In this document: piece by piece, positions 1 to 9,137 of the stretch | Numbering within the stretch: the first letter of the stretch is position 1 | How the letters are laid out: each line of letters starts with the position of its first letter | Source: a virus | Strand: one strand, 5' to 3' | IMG/VR virus record: IMGVR_UViG_3300032087_004567 | Length of the DNA stretch: 64,000 nt | Program-made: the position numbers and the translations under genes | The notes under the pieces: model-generated | What the model was told of the DNA's origin: nothing | The model's database searches: none | What the model saw: the letters and a program-made list of their open reading frames with translations, nothing else

Positions 1-67
1 ATCTCCAGAAGCACAAGCAAAGTGGTATTCTGCTAATTTTAATAATTGTAAGTTATAATGAAGAAAG

Positions 68-931
68 GTGACTATGAAAATAGAAATTAATATTAATGAG
101 CTGAGAAAGGCAAAGCTCTTTGTAGCTACTCCTATGTATGGTGGTCAATGTGCAGGGTTGTATACAAAGTCTATTGCCGATCTATCAGCATTATGTGCAA
201 AGTATGGCTTGCAATTGCAACTGTATTATTTGTTTAATGAGTCGTTGATTACTAGAGCTAGAAACTACTGCTGTGATGAGTTTCTAAGAAGTGGTGCAAC
301 ACATTTACTATTCTTAGATTCTGATATTGGTTTTAATCCGCATGATGTTATTGCTATGTTAACGTTAATGTTACAGAATCCTGGTAAGTTTGACATTATG
401 GGTGCGCCTTATCCTAAGAAATGTATCTCATGGGAGAAGATTTTACAGGCGGTTAATAAAGGTGTTGCTGATGAGAATCCTAACGAGTTAGATAACTTTG
501 TTGGTGATTTTGTATTTAATCCTAAAGGTGGTGCACAAACTATACCATTAGGTGAACCTGCCGAGGTAATGGAGCTAGGTACTGGCTTTATGATGATACA
601 GAGGGAAGTATTTAAGAAGTATGACGAGAAGTTTCCTGAGTTAAAATATAAACCTGATCATGTTCGTACTGAGCATTTTGATGGTACAAGAGAAATTATG
701 GCATACTTTGATTGTATTATCGATCCTAAGTCTAAGAGGTATCTATCTGAAGATTATATGTTCTGTTATAATGCTGAAAAGGCTGGTATTAGAACTTGGT
801 TATGTCCTTGGATGAAAACTACCCATGTTGGTTCTTATATGTTTGGTGGAAGCTTAAGCCATCTTGCAACTGTGGGGGCATCTGCTACTGCCGATCCTGG
901 TAAACTTAAAAAGAAAGGTGCCATAAAATGA
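68..931 (+). CDS. GT-A-fold glycosyltransferase-like protein conserved upstream of gp45 in marine T4-like phages
   Basis: ATPMYGG, NESLITRARN, FLDSDI (DxD), GTGFMMI, LSEDY motifs. Confidence 0.6.
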   Translation: MTMKIEININELRKAKLFVATPMYGGQCAGLYTKSIADLSALCAKYGLQLQLYYLFNESLITRARNYCCDEFLRSGATHLLFLDSDIGFNPHDVIAMLTLMLQNPGKFDIMGAPYPKKCISWEKILQAVNKGVADENPNELDNFVGDFVFNPKGGAQTIPLGEPAEVMELGTGFMMIQREVFKKYDEKFPELKYKPDHVRTEHFDGTREIMAYFDCIIDPKSKRYLSEDYMFCYNAEKAGIRTWLCPWMKTTHVGSYMFGGSLSHLATVGASATADPGKLKKKGAIK

Positions 932-1614
932 TGAAACTAGAAGGACGTACGCTTCAGATACTTAAAAATTATGCTACTATAAATCCTTCTTTGCAGTTTA
1001 AAGAAGGGGATAGTAATGGTAGTGTTTTAGTTACTGTATCTCCTAATAAGACTGTAATGGCTAAAGCTAAAGTTACAGAGTCTATTCCATCACCTTTTGC
1101 AATTTATGATCTATCTAGATTTTTAGGTGTATTATCTTTATTTGATAAACCTAATATAAAGTTAGAAGATAAGTTTTTGGTTGTTAACTCTGGTAATAAC
1201 TCAGGTAGAACAGTAAAGTATACTTATGCCGATCCTAAACTTATAGTTGCACCTGGTGATAAAGAAATTAAACTACCTGATCCAGAAATTAAATTTCAAC
1301 TTAGTAGTGATGTGTTACTAAGTGTATTAAGGGCTATGTCTGTTATGGGACTACCCGAACTATCTATTACTGGTGAAGATGGTAATATGTTTATTGAGGC
1401 GATAGATTCTAAGAATCCATCTTCTGATAATTATAGAGTACCTGTTGGTAGTACTAATGATGTATTTAAAATGATATTTTTAGCTGAGAATATAAAAATT
1501 CTTCCTGAAGATTATGATATAGAAATCTCTTCTAAAGGTATCGCTCACTTTAAAGGAAAGGATATTGAATATTGGATAGCTACTGAAAGTAGTTCAACTT
1601 ATACAAAAGGTTAA
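928..1614 (+). CDS. gp45: Sliding clamp (T4 gp45-like)
   Basis: LKNYATINPS N-terminus, FAIYDLSRFL, C-terminal YWIATE; precedes clamp loader. Confidence 0.92.
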   Translation: MMKLEGRTLQILKNYATINPSLQFKEGDSNGSVLVTVSPNKTVMAKAKVTESIPSPFAIYDLSRFLGVLSLFDKPNIKLEDKFLVVNSGNNSGRTVKYTYADPKLIVAPGDKEIKLPDPEIKFQLSSDVLLSVLRAMSVMGLPELSITGEDGNMFIEAIDSKNPSSDNYRVPVGSTNDVFKMIFLAENIKILPEDYDIEISSKGIAHFKGKDIEYWIATESSSTYTKG

Positions 1615-1620
1615 TATATT

Positions 1621-2562
1621 ATGCTAAATGATGAAATGCTCTGGGGGCAGAAATATCGCCCTAGAACAGTAAGTGATACGATTTTACCTAACGAATTGAA
1701 AGATACTTTTCAAGAGTTTGTAAATCAAAAGAATGTACCTAATTTACTTTTATCTGGTTCTCCAGGTACTGGTAAAACTACAGCTGCAAAAGCTATGTTA
1801 GAAGAAGTAGATTGTGATTATATTGTTATTAACGGTAGTTTAAATGGTAATATTGATACGTTAAGAAATGATATAAAGTCATTTGCATCTGCTGTATCTT
1901 TATCTGGTGGTAGAAAATATGTAATACTAGATGAAGCTGATTATCTAAATCCTAATTCAACTCAACCTGCTCTTCGTAACTTTATGGAAGAGTATTCTAA
2001 GAATTGTGGTTTTATTCTAACGTGTAACTTTAAGAATAGAATTATAGAACCTCTACATTCAAGATGTGGTGTTGTTGAATTTAAAATACCTAAACAAGAT
2101 AAACCTAAACTTGCTAAAAGTTTCTTTCAAAGAGTTAAAGAAATATTAGATCAAGAAAATATTGAGTATGATCAAAAGGTAGTTGCCTCTTTAGTACAGA
2201 AACATTTTCCAGACTTCAGAAGAACTATAAATGAACTGCAAAGATATTCTGCTACCGGTAAAATAGATTCAGGTATACTATCTAATCATAAAGAAGAATC
2301 GTTGAAGATGGTTATGGGTTTATTGAAAGAGAAAAACTTTACTGAGGTTAGAAAATGGGTAGGTGAAAATTCTGATGTTGATACTACTACATTTTTTAGA
2401 AGTTTATATGATACAGCATCTGAATTTTTAAAGCCTGCATCTATACCTCAGTTAGTTTTACTATTAGCTGATTATCAATATAAGGCTGCATTTGTAGCTG
2501 ATCCTGAAATTAATATTATGGCCTGCTTAACTGAAATAATGGTTGAAGCAGAATTTAAATAG
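1621..2562 (+). CDS. gp44: Clamp loader large subunit (T4 gp44-like)
   Basis: KYRP, Walker A GSPGTGKT, ILDEAD, SRC motif. Confidence 0.96.
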   Translation: MLNDEMLWGQKYRPRTVSDTILPNELKDTFQEFVNQKNVPNLLLSGSPGTGKTTAAKAMLEEVDCDYIVINGSLNGNIDTLRNDIKSFASAVSLSGGRKYVILDEADYLNPNSTQPALRNFMEEYSKNCGFILTCNFKNRIIEPLHSRCGVVEFKIPKQDKPKLAKSFFQRVKEILDQENIEYDQKVVASLVQKHFPDFRRTINELQRYSATGKIDSGILSNHKEESLKMVMGLLKEKNFTEVRKWVGENSDVDTTTFFRSLYDTASEFLKPASIPQLVLLLADYQYKAAFVADPEINIMACLTEIMVEAEFK

Positions 2563-3140
2563 TGGGTAAAGTAGGAGTATTAATTTCTGGTACTGGATCT
2601 AATCTTAAAGCTCTTGTGGATGCTTTAGTCCCAATAGCTTGGGTTGGATCCAACAATCCAGATGCAAAAGGTTTGGATTTTGCTCATAAGAAGAACATCC
2701 ATACCTTTGTGGAACCAAAGATTGCCGAACTTGAAAAGATCTTAGATCATTTTATGAAAGAGGTTGAGTTTTTGGTTCTTGCAGGTTTTATGAGAGTACT
2801 ATCTCCTGAATTTGTGAAGAAGTATCCCAAAAGGATTATAAATATTCATCCAAGTTTGTTACCTGCATTCAAAGGTAAGGATGCTATTCGTAGAGCATAT
2901 GATTATGGTTGTAAAGTTATGGGTGTTACTATCCATTATGTTAATGAGAAAGTAGATGAAGGTGAGATCATTGCACAAGAACCTCTTTGGATTGTGAATA
3001 CAATTTTAAATCATAATGCACAACATACTAATCAAGTACGATATACTTACAAAGAAGTCGAACAACAAGTTCATAAGCTAGAACATAGTATGTATCACAA
3101 AGTCGTTCGAGATATGTTAGGTATTGGTGGTTGGGGATAA
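2562..3140 (+). CDS. purN: Phosphoribosylglycinamide formyltransferase
   Basis: LISGTGSNL, LAGFMRVL, NIHPSLLP, G.TIHYV..VDEG.II motifs. Confidence 0.93.
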   Translation: MGKVGVLISGTGSNLKALVDALVPIAWVGSNNPDAKGLDFAHKKNIHTFVEPKIAELEKILDHFMKEVEFLVLAGFMRVLSPEFVKKYPKRIINIHPSLLPAFKGKDAIRRAYDYGCKVMGVTIHYVNEKVDEGEIIAQEPLWIVNTILNHNAQHTNQVRYTYKEVEQQVHKLEHSMYHKVVRDMLGIGGWG

Positions 3141-3143
3141 GAT

Positions 3144-3293
3144 ATGTTTAGAGTTTATTTTTTTGAAACGGATTGTTTTCATGATGTTACTTTTAAGACA
3201 CTAGAAGATGCAAGAGAGTGTGCAAAGAAAACAGGATATCATGCAAACATTTTTGAAGGTGATAATTATATTGAAACAATTAAGGGAAAATGA
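3144..3293 (+). CDS. Small hypothetical protein (49 aa, not in ORF track)
   Basis: ATG at 3144, open to TGA overlapping next start; fills gap in operon. Confidence 0.55.
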   Translation: MFRVYFFETDCFHDVTFKTLEDARECAKKTGYHANIFEGDNYIETIKGK

Positions 3294-3487
3294 TTATGAA
3301 AATTATAAGTGAATATTTTTTTGAAGATAATGAAAACAAACAAGCAGTAATAGTTGAAGAAGAAAAAGGATACTTCGTCCATATAAAAGAAAATACTAAG
3401 ACTATTAAAATTATAGATGTATCAGATCATTCATTACGATATGCTGAAGATACAGCTGAAAACTATTGCCTAGGTATTGCTAAATGA
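3290..3487 (+). CDS. Hypothetical protein
   Basis: Operon packing; HSLRYAEDTAENY motif typical of T4-like phage small proteins. Confidence 0.65.
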   Translation: MIMKIISEYFFEDNENKQAVIVEEEKGYFVHIKENTKTIKIIDVSDHSLRYAEDTAENYCLGIAK

Positions 3488-3867
3488 AACCTTTTGATTT
3501 TGTTAATAGTATCAATATCACAAAGAAAAACTTAATGAAAGGTAGTTACAATGATGAACTATCAGAGAAGGCGTATATACCCTTTTTAACTAATAGATCT
3601 CTATCATATTTCACAGATACTCTATTATATGCTAATGAAATGAATAGATATCCTACATTAGACAATAAGCTTCAATATGAGTATCTCCTAAATAGTATTA
3701 GAACTAAGAAAAGATTTAGTAAATGGTTTAAAAAAGGAGATGCTAAACAATTAGAATTAATTGCAAAGTATTTAAAAGTCAGTCTACGAGAAGCTAAAGA
3801 GTACCAGAAAGTACTTACCGATAATCAAAAAGAACAAATAGAAAAGCAATTCGAAGACTTAGAATAA
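3484..3867 (+). CDS. gp62: Clamp loader small subunit (T4 gp62-like)
   Basis: PFDFVNSIN, ANEMN, KRFSKW motifs; synteny before regA. Confidence 0.9.
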   Translation: MKPFDFVNSINITKKNLMKGSYNDELSEKAYIPFLTNRSLSYFTDTLLYANEMNRYPTLDNKLQYEYLLNSIRTKKRFSKWFKKGDAKQLELIAKYLKVSLREAKEYQKVLTDNQKEQIEKQFEDLE

Positions 3868-3885
3868 GAATAAGAGAAAGTAATT

Positions 3886-4284
3886 ATGGAACTGTTAGAT
3901 AGTTTAGTTGAAGTGAAGCTCGTTAAGGAAGACGATTTTCTCAAAGTTAGAGAAACCCTTACACGTATAGGCGTCGCTTCAAGAAAAGATAAAATTTTAT
4001 ATCAGTCCTGTCACATACTTCATAAACAGGGAAGATATTACATTGTACATTTTAAAGAATTATTTGCGCTAGATGGCAAGCCAACTAACTTTACCGATGA
4101 TGATAAAGGTAGAAGAAATGCTATTGCTAACTTAATAGCTGAATGGGGTCTAGTACAACTCATTAATCCATCAAAGTCAAAAGATCCAATTGCACCTTTA
4201 TCACAGATTAAAATTCTTCCGCATAAAGATAAAGATGGTTGGGAACTAGTTGCAAAGTATAATATAGGCAAAAAAAGTAGTTGA
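3886..4284 (+). CDS. regA: Translational repressor RegA
   Basis: DDFLKVRETLTRIGVAS, LYQSCHILHKQGRYYIVHFKELF. Confidence 0.97.
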   Translation: MELLDSLVEVKLVKEDDFLKVRETLTRIGVASRKDKILYQSCHILHKQGRYYIVHFKELFALDGKPTNFTDDDKGRRNAIANLIAEWGLVQLINPSKSKDPIAPLSQIKILPHKDKDGWELVAKYNIGKKSS

Positions 4285-4309
4285 TTTAATTTATTGTCTA
4301 TATTATAAT
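4281..4309 (+). promoter_or_regulatory. Sigma70-like early/middle phage promoter
   Basis: TTGATT-17 bp-TATAAT; one of 16 near-identical copies. Confidence 0.8.
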
Positions 4310-4324
4310 TATAGTATATAACTT

Positions 4325-4741
4325 GTGAGGTGTATTATGGCAATGATTTATACTAATACTAGTAGTAGACGTACTAGACGTAAACAACATTTGAAGAATA
4401 AAGCAGCTTATGAAGAGCAGCAAAGAAGCTATGGTAATGATCCTAGAAAAAAATATAAACCTAGTGAAAAAATATCTGGCTTTAGTGTTGTAGGCAATAT
4501 AAATAAGCGTGTAGGTTATGACGATCATGATAAGATTCCTTCTCTGAATCCTAAACAAGTGTCGAGCATGTATAAGACTAAAGTAAAATATACAGGTGAG
4601 ATGGCTGAAAGAGAGAAGAAAGCTCAGGAAGAAATAGCTTACAAAAAAACGTGCGTTGCTTCATTACATAAATCGAACTTTATTTATGTGACGCCAGGGA
4701 TTAATCCTTCCGGTCTCGGACGGAAGAATGAAACTCTTTAA
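4325..4741 (+). CDS. Basic hypothetical protein (likely start 4337)
   Basis: Downstream of promoter; SD gagg before 4337; YTG...IA.LHKSN motif common in T4-like phages. Confidence 0.65.
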   Translation: MRCIMAMIYTNTSSRRTRRKQHLKNKAAYEEQQRSYGNDPRKKYKPSEKISGFSVVGNINKRVGYDDHDKIPSLNPKQVSSMYKTKVKYTGEMAEREKKAQEEIAYKKTCVASLHKSNFIYVTPGINPSGLGRKNETL

Positions 4742-4759
4742 TGAAGAAATTGTAAAACT

Positions 4760-4814
4760 GTAAATGCCCATTTTGGGGTTTACTTATTTTAAACTTGCTT
4801 AAAAGGAGAAAACT
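4760..4814 (+). promoter_or_regulatory. Structured hsp20 5' leader, ROSE-like RNA thermometer candidate
   Basis: Hairpin GTAAATGCCC/GGGGTTTAC, then CTTGCTT directly before SD AAGGAG. Confidence 0.45.
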
Positions 4815-5324
4815 ATGACGTTCGACGACGTATTTCATTTTGGTTCTAAAGACTTAGATAAATTCTTTATAGGTTCTAATAACCCGTTTACAAGAGTAAA
4901 CAAAATATATGATGAGGTGCAAAGATCATCTTATCCTCCATATAATATTAAGAGACTTGGCGATGACAAGTTCTCAATTGAATTAGCTGTTGCAGGGTTT
5001 ACCCAATCAGATATTGATATTGAGGTAGTACCTGAAGAAAACAAATTAGTAGTAAGTGGTAAGAGCGATGATAACAGTTCTGATTACTTACATAGAGGTA
5101 TAGCTAATAGGGCGTTCACAAGATCATTTGCATTAGATGAACATGTTGAAGTAAGATCTGCAGATCTATCTAACGGTATGTTGATAATTAACTTAGAGAG
5201 AATAGTTCCAGAGCATAAAAAACCTAGAAAGATTAAGGTCAACGATGCCATAGAGCACTCCTCCAAGCAGCTACTTACGGAGGATAAAAATGCAGAAATC
5301 AAAACTAAAGAGAAGGTTGCGTAA
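4815..5324 (+). CDS. Small heat-shock protein (Hsp20/IbpA family)
   Basis: YPPYNI, IELAVAGF, YLHRGIA.R.F.R.F.L, A.L.NG.L.I.L. Confidence 0.95.
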   Translation: MTFDDVFHFGSKDLDKFFIGSNNPFTRVNKIYDEVQRSSYPPYNIKRLGDDKFSIELAVAGFTQSDIDIEVVPEENKLVVSGKSDDNSSDYLHRGIANRAFTRSFALDEHVEVRSADLSNGMLIINLERIVPEHKKPRKIKVNDAIEHSSKQLLTEDKNAEIKTKEKVA

Positions 5325-5514
5325 AGTAAACATCTTTCTAAGAAAGTTTATGAGAGCTTTATACAATTCAATTAAACACGCAAGACTTGCCCAGGCAAGA
5401 GTACATATGCATAGATTTGATCAAGACTATGCACAATGGTACTTAAGTCAATCAAAAGATAATTTTGATTTTGAAAAGCGTGAAAGAGAATTAATGTACA
5501 AACGCCTTTTATAA
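5290..5514 (+). CDS. Small hypothetical protein
   Basis: SD ggagg; YLSQSKD..DFEKREREL motif; followed by terminator. Confidence 0.65.
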   Translation: MQKSKLKRRLRKVNIFLRKFMRALYNSIKHARLAQARVHMHRFDQDYAQWYLSQSKDNFDFEKRERELMYKRLL

Positions 5515-5532
5515 CTTTCATATCACCTAAAT

Positions 5533-5566
5533 AAAAGAGAGGTCCCTAAAAAGACCTCTTTTTTTC
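5533..5566 (+). terminator. Intrinsic terminator
   Basis: AGAGGTC/GACCTCT hairpin followed by T tract. Confidence 0.75.
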
Positions 5567-5724
5567 AATTAACTCAGCATTAATGAAAACGTCTTAATTA
5601 TCCAAGACACTATATTATTGTAATGCTTTATAGCGCTATTTCGCTTAGTTATAAGAGGGGATAATAAAAACAATATAGTATACTAAAGTCTGATAAGATT
5701 AGCGCATAAGAAAGGAGAGTCCTT

Positions 5725-5898
5725 ATGAATACTCACGTTTATTCGCTAGATTATTATTTTACTAAGTTAAAGAAGTTAGAAAATATTGTACATGATTTAC
5801 AGACCGAGATAGAGGTGACGAGAAGCAAACTAAAATCTCAGACTGATAGTACAAAATTTGATAAACCGAGAGTACGAATAGGTCCAGATGATGTATAA
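5725..5898 (+). CDS. Small hypothetical protein (57 aa, not in ORF track)
   Basis: SD AAGGAG, ATG 5725 to TAA 5898. Confidence 0.55.
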   Translation: MNTHVYSLDYYFTKLKKLENIVHDLQTEIEVTRSKLKSQTDSTKFDKPRVRIGPDDV

Positions 5899-5914
5899 CT
5901 TAATGGAGATATAG

Positions 5915-6256
5915 ATGGTGCAAAAGAAGTTGCAAAAAGGTTCAGAGTATGCAAAGTATGATTTGGATGGAGATGGTATTGTGAGTGATGAGGAATTAGA
6001 TATGGATGAAAAGATGTTAAGACTTCAAGATTTAAAGTCTGATATCGAAAATGAAGATAAGAAACAAGATTCGCAGCGACAAATGGCATGGATGGCTTTA
6101 ATAGGAATGTTATTCTATCCTCTTGTCACTATTGCTGCTGATTATTTTGGTTTAAAAGCTGACATATTAGCTTCAATGGCTGATTTGTATTTTATTGCTA
6201 GTGCTGGTATTGTTGCAGCATTCTACGGAAAAGAAGCATATCTCGGTAGAAAATAA
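5915..6256 (+). CDS. EF-hand-containing two-TM membrane protein
   Basis: DLDGDGIVSDEE canonical EF-hand loop; two C-terminal hydrophobic segments. Confidence 0.65.
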   Translation: MVQKKLQKGSEYAKYDLDGDGIVSDEELDMDEKMLRLQDLKSDIENEDKKQDSQRQMAWMALIGMLFYPLVTIAADYFGLKADILASMADLYFIASAGIVAAFYGKEAYLGRK

Positions 6257-6262
6257 TACCTG

Positions 6263-6291
6263 TTGATTTTATTATGTTCGTATGATATAAT
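6263..6291 (+). promoter_or_regulatory. Phage promoter; predicted leaderless transcript for DNA polymerase
   Basis: TTGATT-17-TATAAT, ATG 6 nt after the -10 box, no SD. Confidence 0.75.
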
Positions 6292-6297
6292 TGTGAT

Positions 6298-8847
6298 ATG
6301 AGTAAATTTTATACAAGTGTCTTTATGAATCGCGGTGATGTATTGCTACGTGGTTATGAGAACGGTAAGCGAGTACAACATGCAATACATTACAAACCAT
6401 ATCTTTTTGTTGGTTCAAGGATAAAAGATACTGATTATCGAACTATCAAAGGTAAGCCTGTTGATAAAATAGAGTTTGGTAGTGTATATGAAGCACGCGA
6501 GTTTTTAAGAAAGTATAAAGGTGTAGATGGAATGGACATCTACGGTCTGACTAATTTTATCTACACCTTTATTCATGATCATTATCCGGGCACAATCGAC
6601 TACGACCCTAAACTAATCTCCGTTGTCTCGATCGATATTGAGACGTCCGCCGAAGGAGGTTTTCCAGATATTCAATCTGCTGATAAAGAAATAACTGCCA
6701 TTACTATTAGTAAAAAAGGCAAAATGGTTGTGCTTGGATATAATGATTTCGAAATACCCCAAGGTGAAGAAGATAACATTACCTATTTGAAATGTGAATC
6801 TGAATCAGATCTACTTAATAAGTTTATAAAGGTATGGAGATCCACACAATTTATTCCTGATGTTGTTACTGGTTGGAACTGTGAGTTCTTTGATATGCCC
6901 TACATTATAAATCGTATTAGTAGAATTATTGGACCTGAAAGTGCAAAAAGACTATCGCCTTGGGGTATAATATCGTATCGTGAAGTAGAGATAGCAGGTA
7001 GACAATATAGTATTCCTGAGATAGTAGGTATTACTATCTTAGATTATATGCAGTTGTATAAGAAGTTCTCTTTTACAATGCAAGAAAGTTACAAATTAGA
7101 TTACATTGCCCAGGTCGTCCTTGGTGAGCGTAAACTTGATTATGATGCTCTTGGTTATGCTAACTTAGATGAGTTCTATAAAGGAAATTATCAAAAGTAC
7201 ATTGAATATAATATTCAGGACGTGCGACTGGTAGATAGATTAGAAGATAAACTTAAATTCATAGAACAGGTGTTCGCCCTTGCCTATGATGGAAAGACTA
7301 ATTATCTAGATACGTTTACCTCAGTACGATCTTGGGACATGTATATCCATAATGAGTTACTATCTAAGAAGATAGTTATACCTCAGTTTGATCCATCAGA
7401 AAGAGCTAAAGATAATCCTATTGAAGGTGCCTATGTTAAAGAACCTAAAGTAGGTATGCATAAATGGGTTGTATCTTTTGACTTAAATAGTCTATACCCT
7501 CATTTGATCATGCAATATAATATCTCACCTGAAACCTTTGTAGATACTATATCTTCTCTGAGTGTGAAAGATGGAGTGGATAAGATACTTAATGGTGCAT
7601 TGAATGATCCTGCAATAAGAAATGAAATGGAATCACAAAATGTAACTGTTGCTGCAACCGGTTGTATGTTTGATAAAGACTATCAAGGCTTTTTACCTCA
7701 GATGATGCAACGACTATATGATGATAGGGTAAAGTTTAAGAATCAGATGATCGAGGCTAAGAAGAAGTATGAGAAAGAAAAAACATATGAACTAGAAAAG
7801 GAGATAGCACGTTGTCATAATATGCAGCTTGCTAAAAAGATTCAGCTTAACTCGGTTTATGGTGCATTAGGTAACAAGTACTTTAGATGGTATGATCCTA
7901 GATATGCTGAATCGATTACTAAGTCCGGTCAGTTATCTATTCGTTGGATGGAGAATAAAATAAATGGTTATCTGAATAAAGTACTTAAGACTGATAATGA
8001 AGATTATGTAATAGCTGTTGATACTGATTCGATGTATATAAACTTAGATGAGTTTGTACAAAAGACTTGTGAAGGTAAAACTACAGAGGATATAGTTAAG
8101 TACTTAGATAAAGTTTGTAATGATGTCTTTGAACCTTTCATTGATAGATGCTATGAAGAGTTAGGTAAGTATGTTAATGCCTATGATCAGAAGATGAAGA
8201 TGAAAAGAGAGGCAATAGCTGATAAAGGTATATGGACTGCTAAAAAGAGATATATTCTTAATGTAAGAAATAACGAGGGTGTTCAATATAAAGAACCTCA
8301 GTTAAAGATTATGGGTATTGAGGCAGTTAGATCTTCTACTCCTGCTATAATTAGACAAACGATTAAAGATGCATTGAAACTAATTATGACTAAGACTGAA
8401 GATGATGTAATTGATTTTATTGCACAGCAACGAGAAGACTTTCGTGGTAGACCTTTTGAAGATGTAGCCTTTCCAAGAGGTTGTAAAGAGATAGAAAAAT
8501 GGATGGATAATAGTACCAGTATAAAAGTATATAAGTCTGGTTGTCCTATTCATGTGAAAGGTGCTATACTATATAATCTTTTATTAGAACAAAAGAAGCT
8601 AACTAATAAATATGAGAAGATAAACAGGGGTGAGAAAATAAAGTTTAGTTATCTTAAGATGCCTAACTTTATTGGAGAACATGTAATTAGTTCACCTGAT
8701 AAATTACCTGAAGAGTTTGAATTGAATGAGTTTATAGATTATGATATGCAATTTCAAAAGTCCTTCCTTGACCCTTTAAAAACTATTCTTGATGTCATAG
8801 GTTGGGAAACAGAACGACGTAATACATTGGAGAATTTTTTCGCATGA
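6298..8847 (+). CDS. gp43: Family B DNA polymerase (T4 gp43-like)
   Basis: ExoI DIET, SFDLNSLYP, KIQLNSVYG, DTDS, KKRY motifs. Confidence 0.98.
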   Translation: MSKFYTSVFMNRGDVLLRGYENGKRVQHAIHYKPYLFVGSRIKDTDYRTIKGKPVDKIEFGSVYEAREFLRKYKGVDGMDIYGLTNFIYTFIHDHYPGTIDYDPKLISVVSIDIETSAEGGFPDIQSADKEITAITISKKGKMVVLGYNDFEIPQGEEDNITYLKCESESDLLNKFIKVWRSTQFIPDVVTGWNCEFFDMPYIINRISRIIGPESAKRLSPWGIISYREVEIAGRQYSIPEIVGITILDYMQLYKKFSFTMQESYKLDYIAQVVLGERKLDYDALGYANLDEFYKGNYQKYIEYNIQDVRLVDRLEDKLKFIEQVFALAYDGKTNYLDTFTSVRSWDMYIHNELLSKKIVIPQFDPSERAKDNPIEGAYVKEPKVGMHKWVVSFDLNSLYPHLIMQYNISPETFVDTISSLSVKDGVDKILNGALNDPAIRNEMESQNVTVAATGCMFDKDYQGFLPQMMQRLYDDRVKFKNQMIEAKKKYEKEKTYELEKEIARCHNMQLAKKIQLNSVYGALGNKYFRWYDPRYAESITKSGQLSIRWMENKINGYLNKVLKTDNEDYVIAVDTDSMYINLDEFVQKTCEGKTTEDIVKYLDKVCNDVFEPFIDRCYEELGKYVNAYDQKMKMKREAIADKGIWTAKKRYILNVRNNEGVQYKEPQLKIMGIEAVRSSTPAIIRQTIKDALKLIMTKTEDDVIDFIAQQREDFRGRPFEDVAFPRGCKEIEKWMDNSTSIKVYKSGCPIHVKGAILYNLLLEQKKLTNKYEKINRGEKIKFSYLKMPNFIGEHVISSPDKLPEEFELNEFIDYDMQFQKSFLDPLKTILDVIGWETERRNTLENFFA

Positions 8848-9137
8848 GTACAAAGTTTGAAGTAGACGATTTTGATAATGATTTTGGTTTTTCAGCTGTT
8901 AGTGAAGATGAGTTAAAGTCATTAGAAAGACAACAAGCAGATGAGTTGCAACAAAAGGATAAGAAGTTAGAAGAAATTGAAACTACTTATAAAGGTAAAT
9001 TAGAACAATTATATAAAACTATTATTCCTTTGTTAAAAAATCTTGCTAAAGATGACGATAAAGATTATATCTATTGGCCTAATAGAAAGGCTAGAATGGA
9101 AAAGTTTATTCATAAAATAGATAGAATAGTAGGTTAA
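8844..9137 (+). CDS. Conserved T4-like hypothetical protein
   Basis: DFGFSAV, PLLKNL, YIYWPNR motifs; overlaps gp43 stop. Confidence 0.7.
   Translation: MSTKFEVDDFDNDFGFSAVSEDELKSLERQQADELQQKDKKLEEIETTYKGKLEQLYKTIIPLLKNLAKDDDKDYIYWPNRKARMEKFIHKIDRIVG

Noticed and set aside
5685-5716. CTGATAAG...GAAA as a hammerhead ribozyme core
   Set aside because: Core deviates from CUGANGA and stem II cannot form
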